Source: a virus (Duplodnaviria; Caudoviricetes). From it: a stretch of DNA of 64,000 nt. Position numbers and translations under genes: made by a program. Where the stretch lies: the IMG/VR virus record IMGVR_UViG_3300017700_000931, positions 298,533-362,532 of that record. One strand, given 5' to 3'. Positions 16,901 through 25,923 of the stretch are shown in pieces. A model generated the notes under the pieces. The model did not search any database, was not told where the DNA came from, and saw nothing but the letters and a program-made list of their open reading frames with translations. Position 1 is the first letter of the stretch, and each line of letters begins with the position of its first letter.

Positions 16901-17086
16901 ATGAAAGGAAAAATATTTTTGTTAAGTCTTTGGTTATTATTCACACTGATTCTAACATTCTCGGTATTCGGAATGTTATTATTCATTAGGTCTGATGGTA
17001 ATGTTAAACATTGGCAAGGCATTGAAGGTCGTTCTTCTTGGATGGCCTTTGGGCATAAATTATTGGATGATATAGTCAAAAAATAA
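16901..17086 (+). CDS. Small membrane protein
   Basis: Hydrophobic N-terminal half. Confidence 0.6.
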   Translation: MKGKIFLLSLWLLFTLILTFSVFGMLLFIRSDGNVKHWQGIEGRSSWMAFGHKLLDDIVKK

Positions 17087-17088
17087 TT

Positions 17089-17250
17089 ATGGGATTACTA
17101 TATTTCTATATCGGCTTTTCCTACCTATTCCAAATTGGTTCTGCTATTAATAAACCATTACCCACATGGAATATTTTATTCGCCCCTTTATTATTACCTA
17201 TGGCGTTAGGTAAAGCATTTAGTATCATCATCGAAAAATGTAATCGTTAA
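17089..17250 (+). CDS. 53-aa hydrophobic peptide
   Basis: Hand-translated MGLLYFYIGFSYLFQIG...; TAATG overlap with next gene. Confidence 0.55.
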   Translation: MGLLYFYIGFSYLFQIGSAINKPLPTWNILFAPLLLPMALGKAFSIIIEKCNR

Positions 17251-17522
17251 TGGGATTGATAATTATCATATTAATCATACTGCTTGCCATTTATCTGGAT
17301 GGTGATGAGTCTAGTATTACTAATCAACCAAACGTAACATTCGGTGGTCATATTGATTACCCAACTGACATTAAATGTGAGTGTGGTTGTACTGATTTCT
17401 CCATAAATAATATTGACACATCTACATGGGATATGATTTGTCCTAAGTGCAACAATATTGCCTATAAGCACCCAAAGCGAGAAGAAAGACAAGAGCAAAT
17501 TAAAAACATGTTAGACTGGTGA
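17250..17522 (+). CDS. TM-anchored zinc-ribbon protein
   Basis: N-term TM; CECGC...CPKC. Confidence 0.65.
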   Translation: MGLIIIILIILLAIYLDGDESSITNQPNVTFGGHIDYPTDIKCECGCTDFSINNIDTSTWDMICPKCNNIAYKHPKREERQEQIKNMLDW

Positions 17523-17899
17523 TGGAAGAGAATTTTAAAATATTAGCTCAAAATATCAAGAATAATCCTGATGATTTTTCCGCTGAACAAATTGAAAAGT
17601 ATTTAAATGATGCTTTCACATTAGGAAAGAATAAACGTGTTGCAGACAATCCGGTTATTGCTAAGTGGATTAAAACTACTGATGAAAAAGAATTGGCTGA
17701 TTTTGAAGCACGATTACATAAGTCATTTGAATTCACAGAAAATGATACCAAAGAACATATCGCTTATCTATTTGGTTGTTGGTTAAACCAATACTTTGAG
17801 GTTTGGAATTCAGATAGTGATGTCTGGATAGATGGTAACCATAATGCTTGGACCACTAAAGAACTGCATACTGAATTCATCAATGTTTATAAAAAATAA
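17519..17899 (+). CDS. Hypothetical protein
   Basis: Overlapping packed run. Confidence 0.7.
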   Translation: MMEENFKILAQNIKNNPDDFSAEQIEKYLNDAFTLGKNKRVADNPVIAKWIKTTDEKELADFEARLHKSFEFTENDTKEHIAYLFGCWLNQYFEVWNSDSDVWIDGNHNAWTTKELHTEFINVYKK

Positions 17900-17901
17900 T
17901 T

Positions 17902-18102
17902 ATGTTGAAAAAAAAATTAATGAGAGATTTAGATGATATCAATAAATCTAACCTCTCGGAACTAAATGTTGACACTAAATCATATTCGGCTGGATATTCT
18001 AATGGTTTCGTAAGAGGATTTTATCATGCGATACCATTGGTTATAATCATATCAATGATTACTGTTATGGTTGCAGTTAGTATTATTTTTTATAATAAAT
18101 AA
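17902..18102 (+). CDS. Small protein with C-terminal TM
   Basis: YSAGYSNGFVRGF then hydrophobic tail. Confidence 0.6.
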   Translation: MLKKKLMRDLDDINKSNLSELNVDTKSYSAGYSNGFVRGFYHAIPLVIIISMITVMVAVSIIFYNK

Positions 18103-18109
18103 AAGAATT

Positions 18110-18553
18110 ATGGAAGTATCATTGAGTAAACAATTGGCTGACAATTTAGCTTATTACGTTGAAGACCCAAAAAGAAGATGTTTTGGTCTAAGTGAAATAA
18201 CCAAACAAAATGGTTGCTATTACAGTGGAAGTACTATTGGTAAAGAAACTGATGGTTGTTTTGTAGGTAGATTTTTAACACCAGAAGATAGGGTTAAAGC
18301 AGATACAGTTCTAGCTAATAATGATGCTGGAAGTGATATCATTAATTTGATTAAAATTGCTCCAGACAATGATATTATTATCCCTGATGTCATAAAAAAT
18401 AACGTTGAATTATTTCAACTATTTCAACAACTACATGATGCTGGTGAAATATATTGGGGTGAAGGTTCATTAACTGATGACGGTAAGAAAAAATTAAGTA
18501 AAATAATTAGAACGTATGCACTTGATGCTGCTGAATTCTCAAAATTTTTATAA
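18110..18553 (+). CDS. Hypothetical Cys/His-Asp protein, paralog of 16478-16897
   Basis: ATG 18110; shared motifs as above. Confidence 0.75.
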   Translation: MEVSLSKQLADNLAYYVEDPKRRCFGLSEITKQNGCYYSGSTIGKETDGCFVGRFLTPEDRVKADTVLANNDAGSDIINLIKIAPDNDIIIPDVIKNNVELFQLFQQLHDAGEIYWGEGSLTDDGKKKLSKIIRTYALDAAEFSKFL

Positions 18554-18555
18554 TC

Positions 18556-18789
18556 ATGAAAAAATACGATAAACCAGATATCAAGATTGCCTTCAATAAA
18601 ATCAAAAAGACAATTGATACCATGACAAAGTATGGTCATCGCAAACCAATATTGCGAATGATTGTTACGTTTATTCAATCATATAAGAAATCGCATAACA
18701 AAGAAATGCTTGATTACTTAGACATTCTATTTGAATCCTTAAATACAAAAGGCGGAAGTATCTTGCGAAAAAAATTAAATCTAGACTAA
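18556..18789 (+). CDS. Basic hypothetical protein
   Basis: Packed gene run. Confidence 0.65.
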   Translation: MKKYDKPDIKIAFNKIKKTIDTMTKYGHRKPILRMIVTFIQSYKKSHNKEMLDYLDILFESLNTKGGSILRKKLNLD

Positions 18790-18793
18790 TCCA

Positions 18794-19453
18794 ATGAGAG
18801 GCACATTTAATATCCAAACAGCCCAAACTGAAAAGGCGGTGGGATTACCAATGCTTTGTATTAAAAAGTGTTCCGGTGGTTCTGTTGGTAACATGGGTAT
18901 ATGTCATGATGTAGATTCATTTAACATCAATGGTGTAAAGTATTGGGAACCTCAACACATTTATATTACTACTAACAATTATGGTGATGCCCTTGAAGAA
19001 GGAGACTATACCATTGTTAGTTTACCAACACATAATTTAGTTTCTAAATGTGAAGGTAATGGTGTATTAACTGCTAACATTGCTAGGCAACCCAAGATAA
19101 TAGCTTCCACTGATAAAACAATCACACCAAATGCATGGATTCCATTGGCATTTGTTAGAATATTTGTTCAAGCTCATGAGGCAAAGCGACCACTCAAACA
19201 TGTTTTCTTAGAAATGATTGAGGAAATGTCTGGGGGTTGGGTTCCTAGTTATAATAACCCTGATAACGCTAACTTTGATGAACCATCTGAACCAACTGGT
19301 AGATTAATACCTAAAGTTAAGCCTGATGGCTCCGTAATCGCTTTTCCAGATAAATTATATACTAGGGATGAAATGATTGCTTTTGTTAAGCTATTTAATA
19401 CCCAACAATTCGACTATGAATCCGTGGATAAATGGGTAAATGAAAATTTTTAA
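18794..19453 (+). CDS. Phage hypothetical protein
   Basis: QHIYIT..EEGD..KIIASTDK..IP..FV resembles a recurrent Bacteroidota-phage family (recall). Confidence 0.65.
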   Translation: MRGTFNIQTAQTEKAVGLPMLCIKKCSGGSVGNMGICHDVDSFNINGVKYWEPQHIYITTNNYGDALEEGDYTIVSLPTHNLVSKCEGNGVLTANIARQPKIIASTDKTITPNAWIPLAFVRIFVQAHEAKRPLKHVFLEMIEEMSGGWVPSYNNPDNANFDEPSEPTGRLIPKVKPDGSVIAFPDKLYTRDEMIAFVKLFNTQQFDYESVDKWVNENF

Positions 19454-19461
19454 TGAAAAAA

Positions 19462-19493
19462 TTTGGTTAATTGATTTATTTGTATTATCTTTG
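19462..19493 (+). promoter_or_regulatory. Bacteroidota-type promoter
   Basis: TTTG-N20-TATCTTTG(19486-19493). Confidence 0.75.
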
Positions 19494-19519
19494 TTACTCA
19501 TTATTAAAACAACCATATT

Positions 19520-19975
19520 ATGAAAAATCTAATTTTTGCTTTTTTAACACTGATTACCTTTGAGGCTAGTTCTCAAATTGACCTTTCTTGTGATGCTTCA
19601 TTCGTTGGAGTTTATTCAACAATTGAAGTCACCTACCCAATTTATGATAAAATTGTTGTTGGTGGTTCGTATGGGTACAACATTACAACAAACCCTTATT
19701 TAACTGACCGTATTGGTGGTGTTGTTGGAATTAAATTTGATGAATGGGCACAATTGGAATTGAATTTAGATTTCATTGGTGGATTCAGTTACGATGACCG
19801 CACAAAAAGTTATTATAAAGATTATATGTTTGGTGCTGCATTTGGTGGTAAGTTCCATTTTTGTAATAATTTATTTGCTACAGTACAAGTAGCATGGCCG
19901 GGGTTCATTAAATTTGGTTTTGGTGTAAGACTTAGACCATACAAACAATTGACCGTTTGGGACAAACAATATTAA
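19520..19975 (+). CDS. Putative outer-membrane beta-barrel protein
   Basis: Signal peptide; Gly/aromatic-rich alternating beta strands (VVGGSYGY, IGGVVGIKF, FGAAFGGKFHF, IKFGFGVRL). Confidence 0.6.
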   Translation: MKNLIFAFLTLITFEASSQIDLSCDASFVGVYSTIEVTYPIYDKIVVGGSYGYNITTNPYLTDRIGGVVGIKFDEWAQLELNLDFIGGFSYDDRTKSYYKDYMFGAAFGGKFHFCNNLFATVQVAWPGFIKFGFGVRLRPYKQLTVWDKQY

Positions 19976-20006
19976 ACTACGAGGGGTAAAACCCTCATCA
20001 AGAATT

Positions 20007-20837
20007 ATGAGCAAAGAAAAATTAATTACGTTGTTTAAACAATGCTGTGATAACAACAAACATATCAAAGTTAAAGCATTGGTTGAAAACCCTAATTCTC
20101 AATTCGATTTCAAATCAGAGGGAATACAAATGTCGCATGAACAGTTAACTGTTCTAAATAAGTCTGGTTTTGAAGATTTTAAATTTAATGAGGGTATTTC
20201 ACCAGATGGTTCCCGTGGGCGAGTATTTAAATTCGATTCTGAACCGCCATTAGCATTTTTTAGTGCAAGTATTACTTGTCATACTAAAATCAAAAGAATT
20301 TTTTCATCCTTCGGACCAATAATTAAATTTCCATTATTTAAGGAAGAATACAAAACAATTACAACTTATCGTAAAAATTTTTGGGGTAAGGAAGTTAAAA
20401 GAGAACGTAAGGAACCAGTACAATTCTTTGCAAGAAAAGTTAATATGCCTACATTCCCAACTGGATATAATTTACGACAAATTTCATATGACGAGTCAGA
20501 TTATTTGGTATTTGGGCATATAGATACTAATAAAAATACCAAAGCACATTTTTGGGCTCAAGATAATCTTAAAAAGTATAGAAATTCTGTAAAATATTCA
20601 GGGATTCATTATAATCATAATGACGTTGGTGAAATGCATGTTTTTGAAAACGATAATTTGCTTCATGAGAAAATATGTAATAAAGCATTTTATATTAAAG
20701 GTGGTATTTTATCGTTCGGTGAAGTTTGGGCATGGCTTACATTTGAAGAACATGCTGAACTTGAAAAATATTATTTAGAATCACTTGTGAAACTACATAA
20801 GGATATTCTTGATACTCGAATTGAAGAAACTAAGTAA
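20007..20837 (+). CDS. Hypothetical protein
   Basis: 276-aa ORF. Confidence 0.75.
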   Translation: MSKEKLITLFKQCCDNNKHIKVKALVENPNSQFDFKSEGIQMSHEQLTVLNKSGFEDFKFNEGISPDGSRGRVFKFDSEPPLAFFSASITCHTKIKRIFSSFGPIIKFPLFKEEYKTITTYRKNFWGKEVKRERKEPVQFFARKVNMPTFPTGYNLRQISYDESDYLVFGHIDTNKNTKAHFWAQDNLKKYRNSVKYSGIHYNHNDVGEMHVFENDNLLHEKICNKAFYIKGGILSFGEVWAWLTFEEHAELEKYYLESLVKLHKDILDTRIEETK

Positions 20838-20992
20838 TGAAGATTGAATCTCAGGAAAAGATATCGAAAGACGATAGAGCCATTTACATTCAAATATGCT
20901 TTAATATTTGGGGTGGGGTTCCGGTTGACTATGATTGGGCAACTAAAACAAATTTTTACATTAAATCACTAGAGGATTTTAAACAAAAATAA
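20837..20992 (+). CDS. 51-aa peptide
   Basis: Hand-translated MKIESQEKISKDDRAIYIQICFNIWGG...; TAATG overlap. Confidence 0.5.
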   Translation: MKIESQEKISKDDRAIYIQICFNIWGGVPVDYDWATKTNFYIKSLEDFKQK

Positions 20993-20994
20993 TT

Positions 20995-21189
20995 ATGTGG
21001 TTATTCTGGACAATTTATTTAAGTGGATATATCTGTTCCTATTTATTAGGTCGATATGATTATAGAAAATCTAATAGGCAATGGACTGTTGGTAACAGAA
21101 AGGGTGTTTTAATTTTCTGTATATTTTCATGGATTGCATTCATTGCAATATTCATTGGTCTTGAAAACAATAAACCAGCTAAGTGGTAA
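20995..21189 (+). CDS. Small two-TM membrane protein
   Basis: Hydrophobic segments. Confidence 0.65.
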   Translation: MWLFWTIYLSGYICSYLLGRYDYRKSNRQWTVGNRKGVLIFCIFSWIAFIAIFIGLENNKPAKW

Positions 21190-21206
21190 TTTTAAAATAA
21201 TATAAT

Positions 21207-21530
21207 ATGTCAATAAATAATTTTCCACCTTTTTATACTGGACAAAAAATTGTTTGTGTTGCACCCGATGGAGATTGGTATGATTCCAATGATAACGTAG
21301 TAGCTGGACCCAAAAATAAAGAGGTTGTCACTTGTGTTGGATGTTATTTCAAACAAGATTATGGTTGGGCTGTAAATCTATTGGAGTATCCGGCCATTGA
21401 CCCTAATGATTATTTTGATATTATCTGGAAAGAAAAAAACATGCTTTTGTTTGTGCCAGTTCAAAACCAAAAATTGAAATTAGTTTCATTTAGTAAAGTA
21501 GTTGAAGAAGCAGAAATTTGTGTTAACTAA
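21207..21530 (+). CDS. Hypothetical protein
   Basis: GQKIVCV..GPK..EVVT..LLEYP. Confidence 0.7.
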   Translation: MSINNFPPFYTGQKIVCVAPDGDWYDSNDNVVAGPKNKEVVTCVGCYFKQDYGWAVNLLEYPAIDPNDYFDIIWKEKNMLLFVPVQNQKLKLVSFSKVVEEAEICVN

Positions 21531-21533
21531 GTT

Positions 21534-21731
21534 ATGAAAAATACGTTTACAGTCGAAGAAATAAGAAATTATATCCTAGCACAGGATAGTCTTGGTGATG
21601 TATTACATTTTTTAAACGCTGATAATATTATCAAAGCAAATAAAGCGTCTGATAAATGTATTTGCGATGACCCATGTGAACACGAAGGAAAGTGTTTAGA
21701 ATGTGGTGAAAAAATTGAGGAGGAAGAATAA
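21534..21731 (+). CDS. Small protein with Cys cluster
   Basis: CIC..PCEH.GKCLECG. Confidence 0.65.
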   Translation: MKNTFTVEEIRNYILAQDSLGDVLHFLNADNIIKANKASDKCICDDPCEHEGKCLECGEKIEEEE

Positions 21732-21733
21732 AA

Positions 21734-21755
21734 AAAGCACTCGTTTGAGTGCTTT
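21734..21755. terminator. Terminator at the convergent strand switch
   Basis: AAAGCACTC-GTTT-GAGTGCTTT; A-run upstream gives a U-tract on the minus strand. Confidence 0.8.
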
Positions 21756-21763
21756 ATAATATT

Positions 21764-22108
21764 TTAACTTTTACCTTGTCTACCAACTGTTTTCCTAATC
21801 TCACTTGAAGTATTCATAAGGATTGTAGCAATTTTTGTTAGCTCACTATCATCAAATTGATACGGACTACCATTATCATTAACCTCTCTATTAAGCTTTT
21901 TACGGAATAGAGACCTATTAGTGGCATCATCTTCAGTATCACCCCAAAGTTTTCTGATTATCTCTGAGTGATTGAATATGTCATTAGATAACAGGGCTTG
22001 AATTTTTTGATACTGAGACCCACTGTCTTTCACAGGTTCCTTAGTTTCTTTTTTCTTCTTTTCCTTACCTATTGCCTCTAATAAGCAGCTTTTAATGAAT
22101 TCTTTCAT
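21764..22108 (-). CDS. Hypothetical protein, possibly a late gene
   Basis: ATG 22108 MKEFIKSCLLEAI; preceded by TATTTATA, no TAnnTTTG seen. Confidence 0.65.
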   Translation of the reverse strand: MKEFIKSCLLEAIGKEKKKKETKEPVKDSGSQYQKIQALLSNDIFNHSEIIRKLWGDTEDDATNRSLFRKKLNREVNDNGSPYQFDDSELTKIATILMNTSSEIRKTVGRQGKS

Positions 22109-22197
22109 GATTTTACGTATATTACTATAAATATACCATAACTTAGTAAAATTACCCAGCAAAACCATTGAAAATTACCATAAAATAGATTTAGTGC

Positions 22198-22581
22198 TTA
22201 ACTTTGGCTGAACTGACCTATCCAATTAAACATACGCTCAATCTTCTCCAATGAGCTATATGCAATCAAATCGTAAGACCCCAATATTGGGTCCTTGGTT
22301 TTCTCTATTTCAATCCGGCACTTCTGAAGGGACCAATCTTTAACTAAAACTAAAGCGGTCCTATGTTTAAGAGCAAATATTTCCATAACTTCAACAATCA
22401 CCTTAGCTAATTCAAGGTGTGTTTGATGGTATATATCGATAAAAAGATTATAACTATGATAATGCTCGTGATTTTTTGAACTACCAACGATATATGGCGG
22501 AGCATTAACTAATTTATCGAAATCAAAAGAATATGTTTTATCCAGATAGTGTTGTGCAATATTTGAAATTCCTTTATTCAT
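22198..22581 (-). CDS. Hypothetical protein, YL-x3-Y paralog family
   Basis: HYLDKTY...VIVEVMEIF...KDW. Confidence 0.7.
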   Translation of the reverse strand: MNKGISNIAQHYLDKTYSFDFDKLVNAPPYIVGSSKNHEHYHSYNLFIDIYHQTHLELAKVIVEVMEIFALKHRTALVLVKDWSLQKCRIEIEKTKDPILGSYDLIAYSSLEKIERMFNWIGQFSQS

Positions 22582-22583
22582 GA

Positions 22584-22955
22584 TTACGGATAATGAAACA
22601 TTTTCATGAAGTCCATGATATCATAAACTTTATTAAGATGGTTACTTACATTTGGTATGTAATTTTGCATTGTTGGTGAACTGTGATTTCTCATCACTTT
22701 TCTTACTATCCACGCAGTAATGATATTTAAAGTTCTATAATAAGCCAAATCGAATATTTCCAGAACATCAATAATAACATTCTTTAAATCAACAGGAGGA
22801 TGTTTTATGAATGGACTTGGTGATGCATTACTAGAATTCTTATTTATTAATAAATGTGACATATTAACGTCTGTTGGATGAAGTAAGAAATCAACATTTA
22901 CATAGTATGAACTATCTAAATATTTAAATACGCTATCGGTGGTTCTATCAATCAC
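22584..22955 (-). CDS. Hypothetical protein, YL-x3-Y paralog family
   Basis: KYLDSSY...VIIDVLEIF...TAW. Confidence 0.7.
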   Translation of the reverse strand: MIDRTTDSVFKYLDSSYYVNVDFLLHPTDVNMSHLLINKNSSNASPSPFIKHPPVDLKNVIIDVLEIFDLAYYRTLNIITAWIVRKVMRNHSSPTMQNYIPNVSNHLNKVYDIMDFMKMFHYP

Positions 22956-23353
22956 TACCCCAAATCATCAAGACTAAAGACGATACCTTCACAAAATTCT
23001 TCACCATCTTCCATTATTATAAATTTAGAATGAGGAATTTCAGTACGAATTTCCCAACTGATGTTCCTACCTTTTGGCCCAAATACTCCTTCAACTAGCT
23101 TTCCGGCTGATTTTCTTTTGATAAAACATGGACAATCCTCATTATGACAATCATTACCAATGATACCCTTAGCATCAAAATAAACCTCAGTACCAAATTC
23201 ATCATCAATGGCACCACGCATAATCATTAAATCATCTGAGGCTCCATGAACAACAACTAAGTTATTTTCCTTAGCAATCAATGCTTGCTCGTCATTCATT
23301 TCATTACCATATTCGTTTCCATTAAGTAATGATGCTAATAATTCTTTATTCAT
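22955..23353 (-). CDS. Conserved phage hypothetical protein
   Basis: LNGNEY..AKENNLVVVHGASDDLM..GAI..E. Confidence 0.7.
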   Translation of the reverse strand: MNKELLASLLNGNEYGNEMNDEQALIAKENNLVVVHGASDDLMIMRGAIDDEFGTEVYFDAKGIIGNDCHNEDCPCFIKRKSAGKLVEGVFGPKGRNISWEIRTEIPHSKFIIMEDGEEFCEGIVFSLDDLG

Positions 23354-23355
23354 AA

Positions 23356-23763
23356 TTAATTTATTTCAGATTCATTAAATTTATACACATTGTTGACATC
23401 ACGGACCACCCTAAGTTTAACCATATTAACCAAGCTATCAACAACACTCTTTATTACTTCTTGGTCAGCATTCATAAGAAGCGCACTACCAGTTCTCTCG
23501 TAAATCTGATATTGTATATCAGCTACTTTATTATCCAAGCTAACAACCGATTCATCAATCCATTTATCGTATAGTATACCAGCATGGCCAACTGAAATGT
23601 TAAACACTTCTTGAATGTCATTGAATACCTCACTAAAAGATATCTTACCTTTTGAGTATTTTGAGTTTTTAACCACTACTTGATAGTGAGCTAAAGATTC
23701 ATAATCTATCTGATAGGTGTTTTTCAAATAAGATAATATTATTTTATTCATTGATTGGTCCAT
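23356..23763 (-). CDS. Hypothetical protein, YL-x3-Y paralog family
   Basis: SYLKNTY...VFNDIQEVF...DKW. Confidence 0.7.
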   Translation of the reverse strand: MDQSMNKIILSYLKNTYQIDYESLAHYQVVVKNSKYSKGKISFSEVFNDIQEVFNISVGHAGILYDKWIDESVVSLDNKVADIQYQIYERTGSALLMNADQEVIKSVVDSLVNMVKLRVVRDVNNVYKFNESEIN

Positions 23764-23799
23764 GATTAATTATAATCATTTACCTAAATAATGTAAATA

Positions 23800-24273
23800 T
23801 TAAAAATTATCGTCATTTATAAATGAATAACAATCCCCAAATACTATCGGTGGAAATAATAATTCAGAAGTTGATAAAACACCTTTTGACCACCAATTAC
23901 CGTCTGAATCTTCGTATTCTATGATTTTGTTATCAGAGTCTAATTTAACACTAAAATAAACCCCACCGGATGTTTTTAATTCGGTACACCTTCCTTTTTT
24001 GTTAAATGTTTTGGTCCACCAAACACCTGTTATTTTATTCTTACAATAGATTTGTTGGCCAGCACCATTAAAAGCATATTCATAATCATCACTAGCTAAT
24101 TTTAATATAGCTTCAATCGCAGCAGCTTTATCTTTAAAACCATAACGTTTATGACGTGAATGATATCTACGATTTTGAGAATAATCATTGGTTTGAATAT
24201 AATATTTTATATTGCCGGATAAGGCAATATACTTAACATCACCAAATTCATCAGAAAAATAAAAAGAGGCCAT
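23800..24273 (-). CDS. Hypothetical protein with short beta-repeat-like C-terminus
   Basis: GVWWTKTFNKKG..IEYEDSDGNWW. Confidence 0.65.
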   Translation of the reverse strand: MASFYFSDEFGDVKYIALSGNIKYYIQTNDYSQNRRYHSRHKRYGFKDKAAAIEAILKLASDDYEYAFNGAGQQIYCKNKITGVWWTKTFNKKGRCTELKTSGGVYFSVKLDSDNKIIEYEDSDGNWWSKGVLSTSELLFPPIVFGDCYSFINDDNF

Positions 24274-25166
24274 TATTTCTCAAGCATCCAACGAAGATTT
24301 TTACTCTTAGATTTCTCAATAATGATTCTAAGACCATTATCTTTTATTTGTCTAGCCCTTTCACGAGAAATTTTAAGTCTATCAGCTATCTGTCTTAGGT
24401 CCTGTGGTTCTTCACCATCTAACCCGAAGAATCTCATGATGACATACTTTTGCATGTCCTTCGTTAATAAACCAATCAATGCATCAGCATTGAATTTTTC
24501 ATCAGCTTTATTGGTATATGAATCAGATGAAGCAAATGTATCTGATTCAATAGTATCAATCAATGTAGATTCACCATCATCACCAAAAGGTTTGTCTAAT
24601 GATGATGTGTTAGTCGTTTCCAAGGCTAAGAAAAATTCAATATCTTTTTCACTGAATTTACCTTCAACTACCTCCGGCAAAAGCATGATATCTTCTAAGT
24701 CGGCAGCACGTTCCAATTTTTGTTCCAATAGGGCAACAATTTCGCCAAGCTTAGTGATATTAGCCGCTTGATTGCTTGGGATTCTTATTGTTCGTGAGTG
24801 TTTTGTTAAGTATTCGAAAATACTTCTTCTAATCCACCAAACAGCATAAGAAATGAATTTAAATCCTTGGTGTGGGTCGAATCTTTTTGCTGCTTCTACC
24901 ATACCTAAATTTCCCTCGTTTACTAAGTCTTCTAGGCTGATTGTATTATTAGCATATTGCTTAGCAACACTAATAACGAAACGAAGATTTGCTGTTACCA
25001 ATTGGGTACGAGCGTCTTCATCTCCGGCATAAGCCTTAAGAGCAATTTCATATTCTTGGTCTGGAGTTAATCGGTCAATATTATCTACCTCTTGTAGATA
25101 CTTTTTGAATGATTCTGTTTCTCTTTTTGTAATTCTTTCTGTAATAACTAGTGCTCTCATTGCCAT
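24273..25166 (-). CDS. RpoD/SigA-family sigma70 factor, Bacteroidota primary-sigma type (no region 1.1)
   Basis: RETESFKKYLQEV, ANLRFVISVAKQY, DLVNEGNLGM..AAKRFD..GFKFISYAVWWIR, ISRERARQIK. Confidence 0.92.
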   Translation of the reverse strand: MAMRALVITERITKRETESFKKYLQEVDNIDRLTPDQEYEIALKAYAGDEDARTQLVTANLRFVISVAKQYANNTISLEDLVNEGNLGMVEAAKRFDPHQGFKFISYAVWWIRRSIFEYLTKHSRTIRIPSNQAANITKLGEIVALLEQKLERAADLEDIMLLPEVVEGKFSEKDIEFFLALETTNTSSLDKPFGDDGESTLIDTIESDTFASSDSYTNKADEKFNADALIGLLTKDMQKYVIMRFFGLDGEEPQDLRQIADRLKISRERARQIKDNGLRIIIEKSKSKNLRWMLEK

Positions 25167-25192
25167 TTTACAATTTTGTTTGAGGGTGAATA

Positions 25193-25636
25193 CTATTTCA
25201 ATTTTCTTTGTGTTTCACGTTCAATATCTTTACGTTTGATATCTTCACGTTTGTCATGTAATTTTTTACCTTGTGCCAATGCTATTTCTAACTTAACCAA
25301 ACCATTATTTGCCATGACTAATGCAACTGGTATTATGGTAATTCCTTTGGTGGTTACTGCCTTCAAAAGAGTTTTAATTTCTTTTTTCTTCAACAACAAT
25401 TTCCTTTCCCTTAGTGGGTCATGATTTTGGTGTGTACCACTTTCTTTGTATTCGGCGATATGCATTCCTTTTACGTAGAGTTCTTCATCTTTAAAATAAC
25501 AGTGGGCATGTGTTATATTCACGTTGCTCCTACGTATTGATTTTATTTCCGAACCTAGTAACATTATACCAGCAGTAAAGGTTTCTAAAAACTTATACTC
25601 GAATGATGCTTTTCTATTTTTAGTTAACAATTTCAT
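25193..25636 (-). CDS. smpB: SsrA-binding protein SmpB
   Basis: NRKASFEY, AGIMLLGSEIKSIR, HDPLRERKLLL, GKKLHDKREDIK. Confidence 0.95.
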   Translation of the reverse strand: MKLLTKNRKASFEYKFLETFTAGIMLLGSEIKSIRRSNVNITHAHCYFKDEELYVKGMHIAEYKESGTHQNHDPLRERKLLLKKKEIKTLLKAVTTKGITIIPVALVMANNGLVKLEIALAQGKKLHDKREDIKRKDIERETQRKLK

Positions 25637-25883
25637 CCTTTAATGCTCCTTTAATTTGTTCAATTTTTTCATAATAACAAAACCTTAATTGCAACCACAA
25701 TAAATGTGGATTAACACTACTTCTGTGAACAGAATCTATATGATAAGTCTTAGCCCCAACATAAACTATTCCACCAGAGTCCATATGTCTTATTAATTCA
25801 TCATTTAAGGCTGCATCAAATAAAATCGAACATTTTACTGTTGGTGAATTTTGATTAGCATTAAATAGTTCTCTAAAACCCAT
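25620..25883 (-). CDS. Hypothetical protein, tandem paralog of 25924-26235
   Basis: GG.VY..(Y/F)H and EQIK.AL..EI shared. Confidence 0.65.
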   Translation of the reverse strand: MGFRELFNANQNSPTVKCSILFDAALNDELIRHMDSGGIVYVGAKTYHIDSVHRSSVNPHLLWLQLRFCYYEKIEQIKGALKDEIVN

Positions 25884-25923
25884 TATAATGTTATCTAACT
25901 TTAAAACTAAAAATGTTACCATT

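Noticed and set aside
25167-25192. tmRNA (ssrA) next to smpB
   Set aside because: The gap is only 26 nt, and no GGGGxxG...TTCGA..CCACCA-type ends were recognised in any intergenic region of the window
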